From assembly GCA_040437565.1 (NCBI GenBank), contig JBDOQK010000021.1, positions 372,001-436,000 of the forward strand: a DNA stretch of 64,000 nucleotides, given 5' to 3'. Positions 1-11,057 of the stretch are shown piece after piece (the first letter of the stretch is position 1; each line of letters begins with the position of its first letter). The position numbers and the translations under genes are program-made. Under the pieces are notes generated by a model, which saw only the letters and a list, made by a program, of their open reading frames with translations, was not told the DNA's origin and did no database searches. This DNA is from Albugo candida. Taxonomy: Eukaryota.

Positions 1-688
1 CAAGGTTATCATCAGATGACATAGATCCTGCAAAAGCCTCATCCATAACCTCATCGACTTGACAAGTTTCCACTTTCTCGTCATCTGCTTGCAGAAGATT
101 ATCATCCTCCATTTCATTCTCCGAAGAAGCTAACTCGCGATCGATTTCCTCTTCTTTTTCTTTTGACAATTTCACTGCCGTTTGCGCTTCGATGTCGACT
201 TTGATCTTCTTGTCAACGTGATCGCCCTTAAACGCTGTCTTGGATGCATAACAACTTGATCTGCTTCTTCGTCTTCGCTTTTGCGCTGAAATAGCGGCAT
301 TCTCGGAATTTATGTCAACGGGACTCACTATCGTGTCTGTCTGTGTGGCAAACTCCCGCCTTGTGTTACGCATTGTATTGCAACCAGCATTCCTCACTTG
401 CGGCTTTATCGGAGCCGATGTCTGCATAGCAACGCTTTTGCAATTTTGTAGCGATTTTGACGCTTTGAGCTCAGAAATTTCCTTCTGAGCTTCCGCGTAA
501 TTCTGCAATACTTTTTCCAAGCGAGTTCGATAATCACGTAACTTTGCTGCTGCTTGCTTCAATTTCTCATTCGTAAGAGACTTGTACTCATTAGACTTCT
601 CTACCTGTTCAGTCAACTGCTCTATGACTGTATTTTGTCGTGAAATGATCTCCGATTGCGAGCTCGATGCATTTGTTCCCAATATCAT
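1..688 (-). CDS. Partial hypothetical protein with N-terminal coiled coil and acidic region; runs off the window start
   Basis: Manual translation: the frame is open from ATG 688 (MILGTNASSSQSEIISRQNTVIEQLTEQVEKSNEYKSLTNEKLKQAAAKLRDYRTRLEKVLQ...) to base 1 with no stop. It is absent from the ORF track because it has no stop in the window. Confidence 0.7.
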   Translation of the reverse strand, partial: MILGTNASSSQSEIISRQNTVIEQLTEQVEKSNEYKSLTNEKLKQAAAKLRDYRTRLEKVLQNYAEAQKEISELKASKSLQNCKSVAMQTSAPIKPQVRNAGCNTMRNTRREFATQTDTIVSPVDINSENAAISAQKRRRRSRSSCYASKTAFKGDHVDKKIKVDIEAQTAVKLSKEKEEEIDRELASSENEMEDDNLLQADDEKVETCQVDEVMDEAFAGSMSSDDNL

Positions 689-1898
689 TGGATGGCTGGT
701 GCATCGTTAATTGGCTGATTTTGTGTCAATTAAGTTTCCTTTTTCGCTCCGACATTTTTTTCATTCTTCAACTTGTCGGCTACTACGTATCTCGCCAATT
801 TATCGCTGTCGTGGTCTTCATTTGGTGTCATGGAGTGTCGAAGACAGGAAAGAAGGCAGTAGTATGTCATGCACTGGCCGCAGGTGGCCTGTTAGAGGAA
901 GGCTCTTCATGCACCGGCTACTACGTACCTCGCAAATTTAAAAACTATGTTGCCGCTGCATTGGGGCATGTACAACCCACGAGATACTAATAGATAGTCT
1001 CTGCTAATGACGCTATTGTAAGACCACTAGTCTGCACTGAGTATAGGATAAGGCTAAATCCGCGTGAGACTAATGCTAAATTCACGATGCTAATGTGGGG
1101 CACTGCGCAATCAGCTTCTGGTCGGCTGTGAGATGGTCGATAGCTGGTGCCTTCATGAGATCACAGGTTTTGTATTGATGTGTGCTAAAGCACGGTTGGT
1201 TGTTCTACAAAAGCTTTCCTATTTTCATCCCATTATTAGCTGATTCTAGACGCCTCGTTGCCGTACACATTGCCGTGAGAATTGAATGACATGATGAAAG
1301 TCTTCATTCTTTGAGGTACACGTGGATTTCGGAAAAAGAGACCGATGTCTCCAACATGGAAAAAGATTCTAATGACTCGTTCTATTATTATACCAATTCA
1401 AAAGAACATAACTGAGCTTCCTCATACCACAGTAACGATTCCAGAGAGCAGCCGACCAGGATGCAAGCGTGTCTATCGATTCACTTCTGATCGTTTTTCT
1501 CAAAACGCAGCTGACAGAGTGCAACTCCGCAGCAGCAGCTGTCCACATCTTCCTCGCGGTACAAAGCAGGAACGAAAGAGGAAGAATAGAGACACACAAC
1601 AGCGCCACATAATTTTCTCTGCTCATCAACTGCCATTTTCTTCTATTGGCTCACAACTAATTTTGTCAGTAATCCCCCCTTGTCTTCGTGTCCATTTTTT
1701 GCACCTGTTCCTATAAATAAGAAACGTTGTCATTGAATCACAATCATACGAAACTGAAAAAAAGGCAGAAGATGAAACCCTCACCTCCGCCACGGTATTC
1801 CTGCAGGGTCAGTCCCTCCACATTGAATCATTTCATATCTACCGATCAGCGCAATTGATACCCATTTACTTTTGACACTGTTCATACCGACCAAATAA

Positions 1899-3228
1899 AT
1901 GCAAACTTACCTCGCGATTCTTGCGGCCGTATCGCTCATGAAGCAAACACAAGCGACTCTGGGCGTTTGTTATGATCCGTATCAGCGCACCGGCTACACC
2001 GAAGACTCTGTGAAGAAGGACTTAAAGCAAATTGCTCAATCTTTTGGATATGTGCGCACATTTTCTGTAATCACCGGAACCGTGAATTTAATAGAGTGTG
2101 CAGCTACGGCCGGACTCAAAATGAATGTCGGTGTCCAAATGAATTCTGAGGAAGACATACATAGGGATATCAAAGCTATCTGTGATGCCATGCCCCTATA
2201 CAGCGCTACCATCCACACGGTATCGGTCGGAAATGAGAACATGAAGCTGGAAAACCCCACTATTTCCGCAGACAAAATGCTTGGATATATAGGACAGGTG
2301 AGACGGTGTGTCAGCGGCACTGGTATCATTGTCACTACTACACAACGAATTGGAGACTGGCTTAACTACAACGAGGTCAAACAAGTTGCAAATAAGGTCG
2401 ATGTCATTGTGGCGAATATTTATCCGTTCTTCACGGAAAGCCCGGAATCCCCAATAAAGCGATTGGAAATTCAAATAGAACAGATCCGAAATGTGTATGG
2501 CAACAAAACTGTACAAATCGGAGAAACCGGTTGGGCTTCTGGTGGAGAGTCCGCGTACGGGAATACGCCGTCTCTAAAATCTCTGGATCAGTACTTTAAA
2601 GATTGGGTGCGGAAATTCCAAATAGAAGAAATGATCTCCTACTTCTTCATCATGTACGACAACATACGATCATACACTGGCAAAGATCACGAACTCCACT
2701 TCGGTCTGTGCACGAAAGACGGAAAACCAAAAGTAACTTTGCCAAAACGAGCCTATGCTGTCCAAAATCTAGGGACAAAACGCATCAATGCTCAGCCTCT
2801 TCCAGGCATCCAACGTCCAAGTAAACGGCTCTCAACTTTACCCAAACAGACTCCAGCACCCAAGCCAGCTCCAATTTCCGGCTCCAGCACCCAAGCCAGC
2901 TCCAATTCCGGCTCCAGTATCCAAGCCGGCTCCAATCCTTCCACAGGCTCCAGCATCGCAACCAGCTCCAATCCTTCCACAGGCTCCTAAGCTTCCTCCA
3001 GCTCCAGCATCGAAACCGGTGCCAACTCCGCTTCAGGGCCCATTCATTCCACAATCCTTAAATGTCCCGCATGCTCCGTCAACTGGATGGATCCCAGGGC
3101 GGCCAGAAAAAACCGACAAGTATTCAGCGGATGATGCGAAGAAACCACTCGTAATGTCGGAAGCCGCTAATATTCACAGTCCATCGAATGTGATTCCGGA
3201 GCCTCAGTCATTGAGAACTCATTGCTGA
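1899..3228 (+). CDS. Secreted GH17 beta-1,3-glucanase/glucanosyltransferase with Pro-rich tail; apparent +1 frameshift at 2875-2877
   Basis: Signal peptide; GVCYDP, VRTF, VSVGNE (acid/base Glu), ANIYPFF, IGETGW (nucleophile Glu), ELHFGL. The APAPKPAPIP repeat tail continues in the alternative frame to the stop at 3228. Confidence 0.9.
2850..3030 (+). repeat. Coding minisatellite with 30-36 bp units encoding APAPKPAPIP / APASQPAPILPQ
   Basis: GCTCCAGCACCCAAGCCAGCTCCAATTCCG unit and variants repeated about 5-6 times. Confidence 0.85.
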
Positions 3229-3719
3229 GGAAAAGTGCTTCCAAATGTGTTTGGAGCGTTTGACTTTTTGCGAATTCATTGCGAAAGCGAAAGAAAAAAA
3301 GGAATTCTTAAAAGAAATATAAATTGCACTTAAATGTATTGTTATTATGGAAAAAGGGAATCAGAACGCTCACGTGAGAGATTGACCGCACGGCCAACGT
3401 ATTTCACGCTCGCGTCAAACACATTTGACTGCGCTTAAAGCTTGGAATATCGTCATAATGTTCAACATAATCAGACGGCACTTCCTAACGAGCTTGTTAC
3501 ATCATTACCCCGAATTTCTATCAAAACAAATTGGAAATGACAGAACTCCTGCGCCATCCATTTCCTTTTCGATGCAATTACGGACAATAGTACAGTTCTA
3601 TTTCATTACTATCATAATAGCCGAACCTTGTAAATAAAAAGCATATCAGGGCCTACTACTATCTTTTATACTCATGGAGCTATCTGAATTTACAATAAGA
3701 AGCAAGTCTGCCGCTTAAA

Positions 3720-5553
3720 ATGAGTCAAAGTACCGCCCGCTTCCAGCACTTATTGCAGCCGATCCGGTGTGTGTTTGCTCCTAATCTCCTCACACTACCT
3801 TCTTCTTACCCCCCTCTTCCATCAGCGATTTAAGTCAAAATTGGAACATCGATTTAGCGCAAGAATTAGAAGAATACCTCGAAGAATTAGAACACCTCAA
3901 AATCGCATTCGATAAAGAATCTGAATTTTCTGTGTCCAAAAAAGAAGAATCCAAAACTTCATTCCTCAATTTCGCCGAAGCTGCTCTCGTGATACAAAAC
4001 ACAAGCGCCATTTACAGCCGTAAAGTCGAATATCTGTACGCTTTGGTCTTCCAAGTGCTCGAGTACATTTCGAGGCCCCAAAGCTCAAACGTCTCAAATG
4101 AGCCGCAGACTGACAAAAATTCACATCCGAGCAATGACACGTTTACAGATCCTCTGCCAATTGTCCTCAAGCTCGCAGAATGCAAACAGATTTCCAGAAA
4201 ACAAGTTGTCGAGATGGAACCTTTGGAGGAGGAGCATTTCCAAAGTTCAAAATCCTGGATCAATCAGCCGGAACAGGAGCTTCGTGTGTCGATTCGATAC
4301 GCGAAAATGGCCAAAAAGCGGCATGAAAGCATCGAGTAGGCTTCTTTGAAACGTTCGAGCTGAGAGATACTCATTTTCTGATGTGTAGGAATTCGGTCTC
4401 ACTGATGAATTCTTTCTTGCACGATGACTGGGAGAATGGGAAGGATGCGTTCAAGATGCTTTCGTGTGCTCTGCATCCGAGTGGAGTCTTACTTTTCGAT
4501 GAAACGAGTCGAAAGTACCTTGGAAGCGACGTACTCTCACGAGAAGAACAAGCGGAAATGACTAATTTCCTGAAGGAAAGCACAGATGCGATGGAAATCG
4601 CTCATGAGACGCAAGATCTCTCTTTCACTGAAGTGGAATGCGATCCTGTGGATGAGGTGGACGATCAATGCATTGATACTCGACATATTGAGACAAATGT
4701 ATGGAAGCTTTTGGATCCGTACGATGCGAAAGACGCAATTGTTTGTCCTTTTGAAAAAGGGAAAACATATGTGCAACCTCGCAACAAGAAGCGAAAACGC
4801 ATCGATCAAAGTGATTTGGAGCCTATACTTCCCACAGGCTCTGGTCAACGCATTTCACTACAAGACAGCTGGAGTTGGTCGCAGAGCCAAGAAGCTCTGA
4901 TGAATAAATTACAGCCGAAAATGGGCTCATTACCGCTTCTACCAATGAAAAATGAGACGTTGTGGAAGATGGAGAACGCATGGAAACGATGGGTCCATCG
5001 TCGACGACTCGTGAATGAAACCAGCGCCTCGATGGCTTTATTACAAGCACAAGAACAAAATGAAGACGTGCTGCCACATGAACCACTTGATTTCCAGCCA
5101 GAATCGCACGAGCCCGCTGACGAATTCGACTGGAATACTGACAATCAGAACGTGGAATCGATCGATCCTGTACCTGTGCCCAACTCATCGTACGAGGAGC
5201 TCTGTCGTCAGCACATTTCCGACTTTATGAAAGGTTCCGAGCAGTATTTACGTGAGAGCAATCTGACGAAAAAAGTTACATCTTGGAAAGCGAAATTGAC
5301 ACCGTGTCTCCAGGAACAAGCGACGCATTCCCCTTTTGACATTCACACGTATGGAAGTCAGATTCTGACGCAATTAAATGAGACGCCCGTAGCGCAATCT
5401 CCATCTTTGACCGTACAATTCGATAAATTGGTGGGCGGCTTTCCTCCCTACGAAGTCTGTCGAACATTTTTAGCATCCTTACAGCTCGCGAATAACGGGA
5501 ATGTGGCGCTATTTCACGATTCTCCGCTCGGATTCGAGCTTCAGCTGAGATAG
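3720..5553 (+). CDS. NCAPH2: Condensin II kleisin subunit CAP-H2; exons 3720-3766, 3826-4283, 4340-5553
   Basis: The spliced N-terminus [37 protein letters not shown]...NFAEAALVIQNTSAIYSRKVEYLY and C-terminus FDIHTYG...EVCRTFLASLQLANNGNV match CAP-H2. Two GT..AG introns (3767-3825, 4284-4339) restore the frame. Confidence 0.92.
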
Positions 5554-5588
5554 CAAGTGCAATGATACGCATATATTGCTACCAAAAC

Positions 5589-7055
5589 TCATGTAAACAA
5601 AGCCTGAATCTCCTCGATTGTCTTGCCGTACGTCTCGGGAAGACATCGATACACAAACACAAGGAACACAGCCAATAACACCACAAACGGAACAAAACCG
5701 TAGTCGTCAAGCGCGTCGGCGATGTACGGGTATGAGATCCCAACGACGAGATTGCACGTCCAATTGACAAGCAGACAGATTGCTTGACCTCGAGCTCGAA
5801 TATGATTGGGAAGGAGCTCAGCTGTGATGCCCCAAACGAGCGGACCCAAACTACAGGCAAATGCAGCGACATACACCGCTGTGAATAAAATGGTCAATTC
5901 GTCCATTTCACTGACTAATGCGATTGTGATTCCGATGGCGGAAAACCCCATAAAGAAAAGCCCCAGCAACATAAGCCTTCTTTTATGGAAAGTGACGAGC
6001 AGATACCCAATACCAAATGTAGGAATCGCGTTCACAGTATTCACAATGAGATTTCCAATACGAACGTCGCGGACACCGGCAGCCTGAAAAATGTCGGACG
6101 AGTAATAAAAGATGGCGTTAATTCCTGATAATTGCTGACACGCGGAACAGCCGATAGCGACGAGAATTTGACGGCGATATACTGTGAAGAGCTCGTAGAC
6201 GGAGCCTTCAGTCGCATTTGAAGCTTTTTTGGGAGATAAATCAGTGTCGAGACTTGAAGGCTTGGACGTCCAGCTCAATGCGACGTCGACGTGCTCGGGT
6301 CCAAACAGCTGCGTAAGAACACGACGTGCTTGCTTGGTCTGCTTGTGAGCTGAGAGCCACGTTGGGCTTTCCACCAAGTACTTTGCAAAGACTAGCGTCA
6401 AAAGTCCGAGGATTGCTGGAAAACCGGCGTTCACACGCGCCCCGAGACTCGTATCCGCCACGTAAAATGTGATAGAAACCAGGAAAATTCCGAGGACAAC
6501 TGCCACTTGAATGCAAGAAACGATCGCTCCGCGACGATGAGGAGGCGCAATCTCACTCAGATAGCTTCCCAGCACTGCGGTACCGTTCCCTGATGCCAAA
6601 CCGGCGACAAATCGACCGATAACAAACATCCACACACCGGTGGAAAAAGCCTGCAGCAAACCGCCGAAAATCATTACGACAGAGTTGAGAAGGATGGATG
6701 TACGACGACCAAACGTATCGGCCGGGTATCCGGAGCCCAGGCTTCCTATCATCCCGCCAAAGATCCACGCGTTCACCATCAACGTCCAGTCTAATTTAGA
6801 ATGTCCGGGGAATAGAACGCACGTTCCTGCTTGTACTGGTTCTGCCTGACACGCTCTATCATCGTTATAGGCCGTGTAATTGAGCTGAGAAGTCGACCAT
6901 CCGTACTGGAAAGCATGCAGCAAAGACAAGCTTACGGTCAGGTAGAAGACGGGCCGAAATGCAGGACATTGTTCGATCTCGGATTCTTGAGCAGGGGCGT
7001 TTACGGGAGACTTCATTCGAAAAAAAGAATCTTCTATAGCGACAGGCAGCTCCAT
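5589..7055 (-). CDS. MFS sugar porter (GLUT-like hexose transporter)
   Basis: About 12 TM segments; DTFGRR, GRFVAG, EIAPPHRRG, ESPTWL, QQLSGINAIFYYS, GPLVW, PETYGKTIEEI motifs. Confidence 0.95.
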   Translation of the reverse strand: MELPVAIEDSFFRMKSPVNAPAQESEIEQCPAFRPVFYLTVSLSLLHAFQYGWSTSQLNYTAYNDDRACQAEPVQAGTCVLFPGHSKLDWTLMVNAWIFGGMIGSLGSGYPADTFGRRTSILLNSVVMIFGGLLQAFSTGVWMFVIGRFVAGLASGNGTAVLGSYLSEIAPPHRRGAIVSCIQVAVVLGIFLVSITFYVADTSLGARVNAGFPAILGLLTLVFAKYLVESPTWLSAHKQTKQARRVLTQLFGPEHVDVALSWTSKPSSLDTDLSPKKASNATEGSVYELFTVYRRQILVAIGCSACQQLSGINAIFYYSSDIFQAAGVRDVRIGNLIVNTVNAIPTFGIGYLLVTFHKRRLMLLGLFFMGFSAIGITIALVSEMDELTILFTAVYVAAFACSLGPLVWGITAELLPNHIRARGQAICLLVNWTCNLVVGISYPYIADALDDYGFVPFVVLLAVFLVFVYRCLPETYGKTIEEIQALFT

Positions 7056-7280
7056 CGATATAGAATGATCAGATCTATGGAAGCTTCGAAGCAGGAAAGC
7101 CTAATGTTCGATAATGACTCTATTAACTCTATAGATATTTTCGATTTTACATGTACCAAATGCGCCTTTCTGAGCATGCGACAAATGAACGTTTCGGCAA
7201 TACGAACGTCCTTTTATTCCGTCAAATAGTTATTAGTCAACCTCTCTTTCATAGAAGATATGCTAAAGGCCGTCTTCTCA

Positions 7281-10200
7281 CTATCTTGGGGATAATTGAG
7301 AGGTTTTGATTGCTGCGATTCGAGCAACTGCTACTTTGTACTTTTCATTAGCCTCGATGGCGTACGACTTGATTGGCGCTTGTAGTGCCTCCCAAGTCCT
7401 CATCCTGTCCCCAGCACGTCTCTGAATCCCATTCCGAATTGTATCTTCTTGCCATTGACGGATAAGCTCTCCATTTGCATCAACTGAAAATCCAAGCATC
7501 TTATCCGCTTGGAAGGAGGTAGGAACGCTTTTTCGGAACAACGCTGTGTATTCTGGCATGATGACTTCCCTGGATGAACGTGGGGTCGACGGCCAAGTGT
7601 CTTCAGGAAAGACGCGAGCTGTGCATATGGTCTTCCAAACAAGGCGAATAGGAATCGCGATCGTGCGTGCAAAAATCGGTAGAAATGCTCGGGTCCAAAC
7701 TTTAAACAAGACGATCCCTGCCACGACTAGAACGAATAATATAAACATCACAAATGCGTTCGAACGAGTTAGTTTGATAATGAGGCCATGCGATCCTAAA
7801 AAATCCATTGACAAAGCTTTTTCCAGTAAGCTACTGTACCATCCTCTCGCCAAGCCAAAAGACTGTAAAAATGACTCGAGATTCCAAGCGGACGACTTGA
7901 GAAGCATCGGATTCCCATACATCCACATTGAGAATGCCAAGTGAAGTGCCAATGTCCAAGGAATAAAGCCGATCACAAACTCCCCAAGCTCTTCGTCATA
8001 AGTTGTCTTCACGCCATACAAATGGATGATCGAGAGCTTGTCTGCCCAGTACGTGAGGGCGGCCGCAAGGGATGCAATGAACAGGAGAATAGGAGCTCCA
8101 CCAAAGAAAAGCATCGTTACGAAGAGAGAATTTAAGATTAGCGGATACCGCACAGAAATATCGAAAGTCGGACCAGCATATAAAGCGTTCATTTGCTCCT
8201 GAGTGCGAACCGTCCGACGCTTCCATCGCCGTAAAATGGGAGAAAAAACGCCAATTTGTAGCAATAAAGTAAGCTGTGGAATGATTGCATTGAGTAGCAT
8301 GCTTGTCGTGATGCCAACACCCACTGTAGGATACCACTCGCGCTCAAAATCGCTAAATTTGCCCTTCATAATTCCTTTTAGAACGGGAACGTGCTTAAGA
8401 TTCAATGAAGCATTCACAACCAGCACGATAACGGCAGTATTCAAAAACTGGGCAGAAAATGTCTTCAAAACAATTGAAGAGGCTTTAGCGGACTCACTCG
8501 AGTGTCTTTCAAAAGTTGCGAAGGCGCGAAGTATGCTTTTTAGCATAATATTCACAGTGACGATAATAGTTGCGGCCAGAAAAATAAGCGCGTTTTTCGC
8601 AAGATATTTTGTGAGAAAAGCTCGACAAGGGAGAAAATCATCCCAAAGAATCTTGAGGCCTTTGTACCATCCATACCTTTCGATGCTTGAGGCTACGGCT
8701 GATACACAGAGGCAGTAAACGACATGATTGGCCTGATACGTCTCACACGTTTCACCCTTGTCCTGGAGACTTTGATCAAAGCATGCAAGTGTCGAACATG
8801 TCGTGGTGTTGTCGACTGATACACACGGCTCTGTACATCGAACAGGTGCAGGAGTGATACCTGTTGGTTCTATAATTTGTATGGAATTCACAGCGTTGTA
8901 CGTAATATAATATCGAGCACTTGCGTGCTCATTATGCGGACACGTGACGTTCGAGTACCACTTTAGATTCCAATTTCTTCGATTAAAATTTTCGCTTCCA
9001 TAATAAATTGCTGGAAGGCTCTTTTCACAAAGGCTGGACGGAGGCACACGAGATTTATAGGCAGATTGGGCTGTCTGAGCTGCAGAAATAATTGCAAATG
9101 AAATGAGGAGAAGAAGGATTGTGATCAAAGTAGTAAGTAAACGCCGAAAAAATCGTTCGAGATTCGTAGTTTCCAGGTTTTCCCAAAGAATATTGGAAGG
9201 ATCAGGCGCCGATGTGATTTGTAGCGGAACTGTACCGCGTAAGCGCAAACATGTTGGCTGAAAGCGGCGAGGATATCGCCAGGTAGAATATCGATAGTCC
9301 TGAAGACATCTTCGCCTCGATTCCAAGTTGTTGAAGACCACAAAAGCTGTGCCACAGGCACTCGAAACAGAATTTTTCACCAAACTTAAGCCATCTTTCA
9401 TCCGTCCTAGGGCGTTTTTTCCTCCAGTTACATCCGCCCGGAGCGCCAAAAGCGGTTTGGAGCGCTTCTTACACTTTTGCTCAAGCTTTTGTAATTGCTG
9501 AAGTGCTTTCTTTAGTTCCCGTTCTGCTCGATCGCGTCGCGAGGTATGCTTTAAATCTCGACTATAATTGGCGACACGTTTCCGTAAAATCGCACAAATT
9601 TGCTCGGATTCTTCGATTTGCTTACTAACGCTCTGAATCGTCAAAAAGGACCGAAGTAAGCCGAAAGTTGGTCGAAAAAAACTCACTTCAGCGATCCACG
9701 TGTTCACGTACAGAGAAGGCGTCACAGACGTTAGGCCGTCGAGGTGATCGACGTTCTTCACAACAGATACGTTTCCTACTCGNNNNNNNNNNNNNNNNNN
9801 NNNNNNNNNNNNNNNNNNNNNNNNNNNNNNNNNNNNNNNNNNNNNNNNNNNNNNNNNNNNNNNNNNNNNNNNNNNNNNNNNNTTCTTTAGTTCCCGTTCT
9901 GCTCGATCGCGTCGCGAGGTATGCTTTAAATCTCGACTATAATTGGCGACACGTTTCCGTAAAATCGCACAAATTTGCTCGGATTCTTCGATTTGCTTAC
10001 TAACGCTCTGAATCGTCAAAAAGGACCGAAGTAAGCCGAAAGTTGGTCGAAAAAAACTCACTTCAGCGATCCACGTGTTCACGTACAGAGAAGGCGTCAC
10101 AGACGTTAGGCCGTCGAGGTGATCGACGTTCTTCACAACAGATACGTTTCCTACTCGTACCTTTGCTCTTTTCACTCGGCGACGTCGACCCCAGCAGCAA

Positions 10201-10922
10201 TAACAATACAAACGATGAATCATTTCCGGCTTTGTGAGATCATACAAAGCGTTAAAATGCTCCACGACCTCCTTCTCCGTGACATCTTGCGGCAGGCCTT
10301 TTACCTGAACGGCGTATTTTGCGGGCGTGAGATTCTCATGCAAGTGTGCCTCGATCGCTCTGTGTGCTATGGATCGAAATACGACAATAAACACCAAGAA
10401 AATGAGCGATGCGATGCAATCCGACACCGTAATGATCCACGACACTGTATACGGGTTCGACGTGAATGGTGTTTTCACAGTCTTCCCACTGCAATCAATG
10501 GCACCGCGAGGCAAACAACGACTCGAATCGTTTACGATCTCCTCATGAACGCCTTGATTCCCCAAGGAAGTATATGCTAAACCCAAAGGATCCACCAGTG
10601 CATCAGTGATTCCATGACCGTATATGTTAAGTATCATCGCGGGAAGCGACGAAAGACCCATAAGGAACACTGTAATGCTCAGATACTTTGACAGCATGAA
10701 ATAGAGCAAAATACCGATTCCAAGGTCGCCGATATCGTTCATATTCGTATCTAAAAATCTTTTCTGTCCGAATGCAAGTCGGTCGAGACGCGAGAGCGCT
10801 ACCGCACGTCCAACCATCAAATCCGTCGACTCTTCCTCCAGTGATAATATCCCGCTGTCATCGTGTCTCTGCTCTTTCGACACTGAATCCTCCAGACGCC
10901 CAGCGTGTATCCGAGCTGACAT
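7281..10922 (-). CDS. OSCA/TMEM63 (CSC1)-like calcium-permeable channel; about 1088 aa after removing the gap-associated duplication
   Basis: AFVVFNN, APDPSNILWENL, multi-TM C-half, YWADKL motif. Bases 9508-9782 are duplicated at 9883-10157 across the N gap (375 bp, in frame). Confidence 0.85.
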   Translation of the reverse strand: MSARIHAGRLEDSVSKEQRHDDSGILSLEEESTDLMVGRAVALSRLDRLAFGQKRFLDTNMNDIGDLGIGILLYFMLSKYLSITVFLMGLSSLPAMILNIYGHGITDALVDPLGLAYTSLGNQGVHEEIVNDSSRCLPRGAIDCSGKTVKTPFTSNPYTVSWIITVSDCIASLIFLVFIVVFRSIAHRAIEAHLHENLTPAKYAVQVKGLPQDVTEKEVVEHFNALYDLTKPEMIHRLYCYCCWGRRRRVKRAKVRVGNVSVVKNVDHLDGLTSVTPSLYVNTWIAEVSFFRPTFGLLRSFLTIQSVSKQIEESEQICAILRKRVANYSRDLKHTSRRDRAERELKXXXXXXXXXXXXXXXXXXXXXXXXXXXXXXXXXXRVGNVSVVKNVDHLDGLTSVTPSLYVNTWIAEVSFFRPTFGLLRSFLTIQSVSKQIEESEQICAILRKRVANYSRDLKHTSRRDRAERELKKALQQLQKLEQKCKKRSKPLLALRADVTGGKNALGRMKDGLSLVKNSVSSACGTAFVVFNNLESRRRCLQDYRYSTWRYPRRFQPTCLRLRGTVPLQITSAPDPSNILWENLETTNLERFFRRLLTTLITILLLLISFAIISAAQTAQSAYKSRVPPSSLCEKSLPAIYYGSENFNRRNWNLKWYSNVTCPHNEHASARYYITYNAVNSIQIIEPTGITPAPVRCTEPCVSVDNTTTCSTLACFDQSLQDKGETCETYQANHVVYCLCVSAVASSIERYGWYKGLKILWDDFLPCRAFLTKYLAKNALIFLAATIIVTVNIMLKSILRAFATFERHSSESAKASSIVLKTFSAQFLNTAVIVLVVNASLNLKHVPVLKGIMKGKFSDFEREWYPTVGVGITTSMLLNAIIPQLTLLLQIGVFSPILRRWKRRTVRTQEQMNALYAGPTFDISVRYPLILNSLFVTMLFFGGAPILLFIASLAAALTYWADKLSIIHLYGVKTTYDEELGEFVIGFIPWTLALHLAFSMWMYGNPMLLKSSAWNLESFLQSFGLARGWYSSLLEKALSMDFLGSHGLIIKLTRSNAFVMFILFVLVVAGIVLFKVWTRAFLPIFARTIAIPIRLVWKTICTARVFPEDTWPSTPRSSREVIMPEYTALFRKSVPTSFQADKMLGFSVDANGELIRQWQEDTIRNGIQRRAGDRMRTWEALQAPIKSYAIEANEKYKVAVARIAAIKTSQLSPR

Positions 10923-11057
10923 TATCTCGCAATTACGCTCTCAAAGCCTCGTAACGACCTTTATTTCTATGTTTAGCATTAACGACCTCACAAAAGCGCT
11001 ACAAAATCGATTACACATTGAATTCTGACGTCACTACTCAAACAATCGATTGATCAA

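Noticed and set aside
667-1716. Short ORFs 667-990, 711-941, 1345-1716 and 1369-1629
   Set aside because: No recognisable motifs or convincing signal peptides; they lie in the divergent intergenic region and are probably spurious.
9508-10157. Apparent internal domain repeat in the OSCA protein
   Set aside because: Identical copies abut an N gap, so this is an assembly overlap rather than biology.
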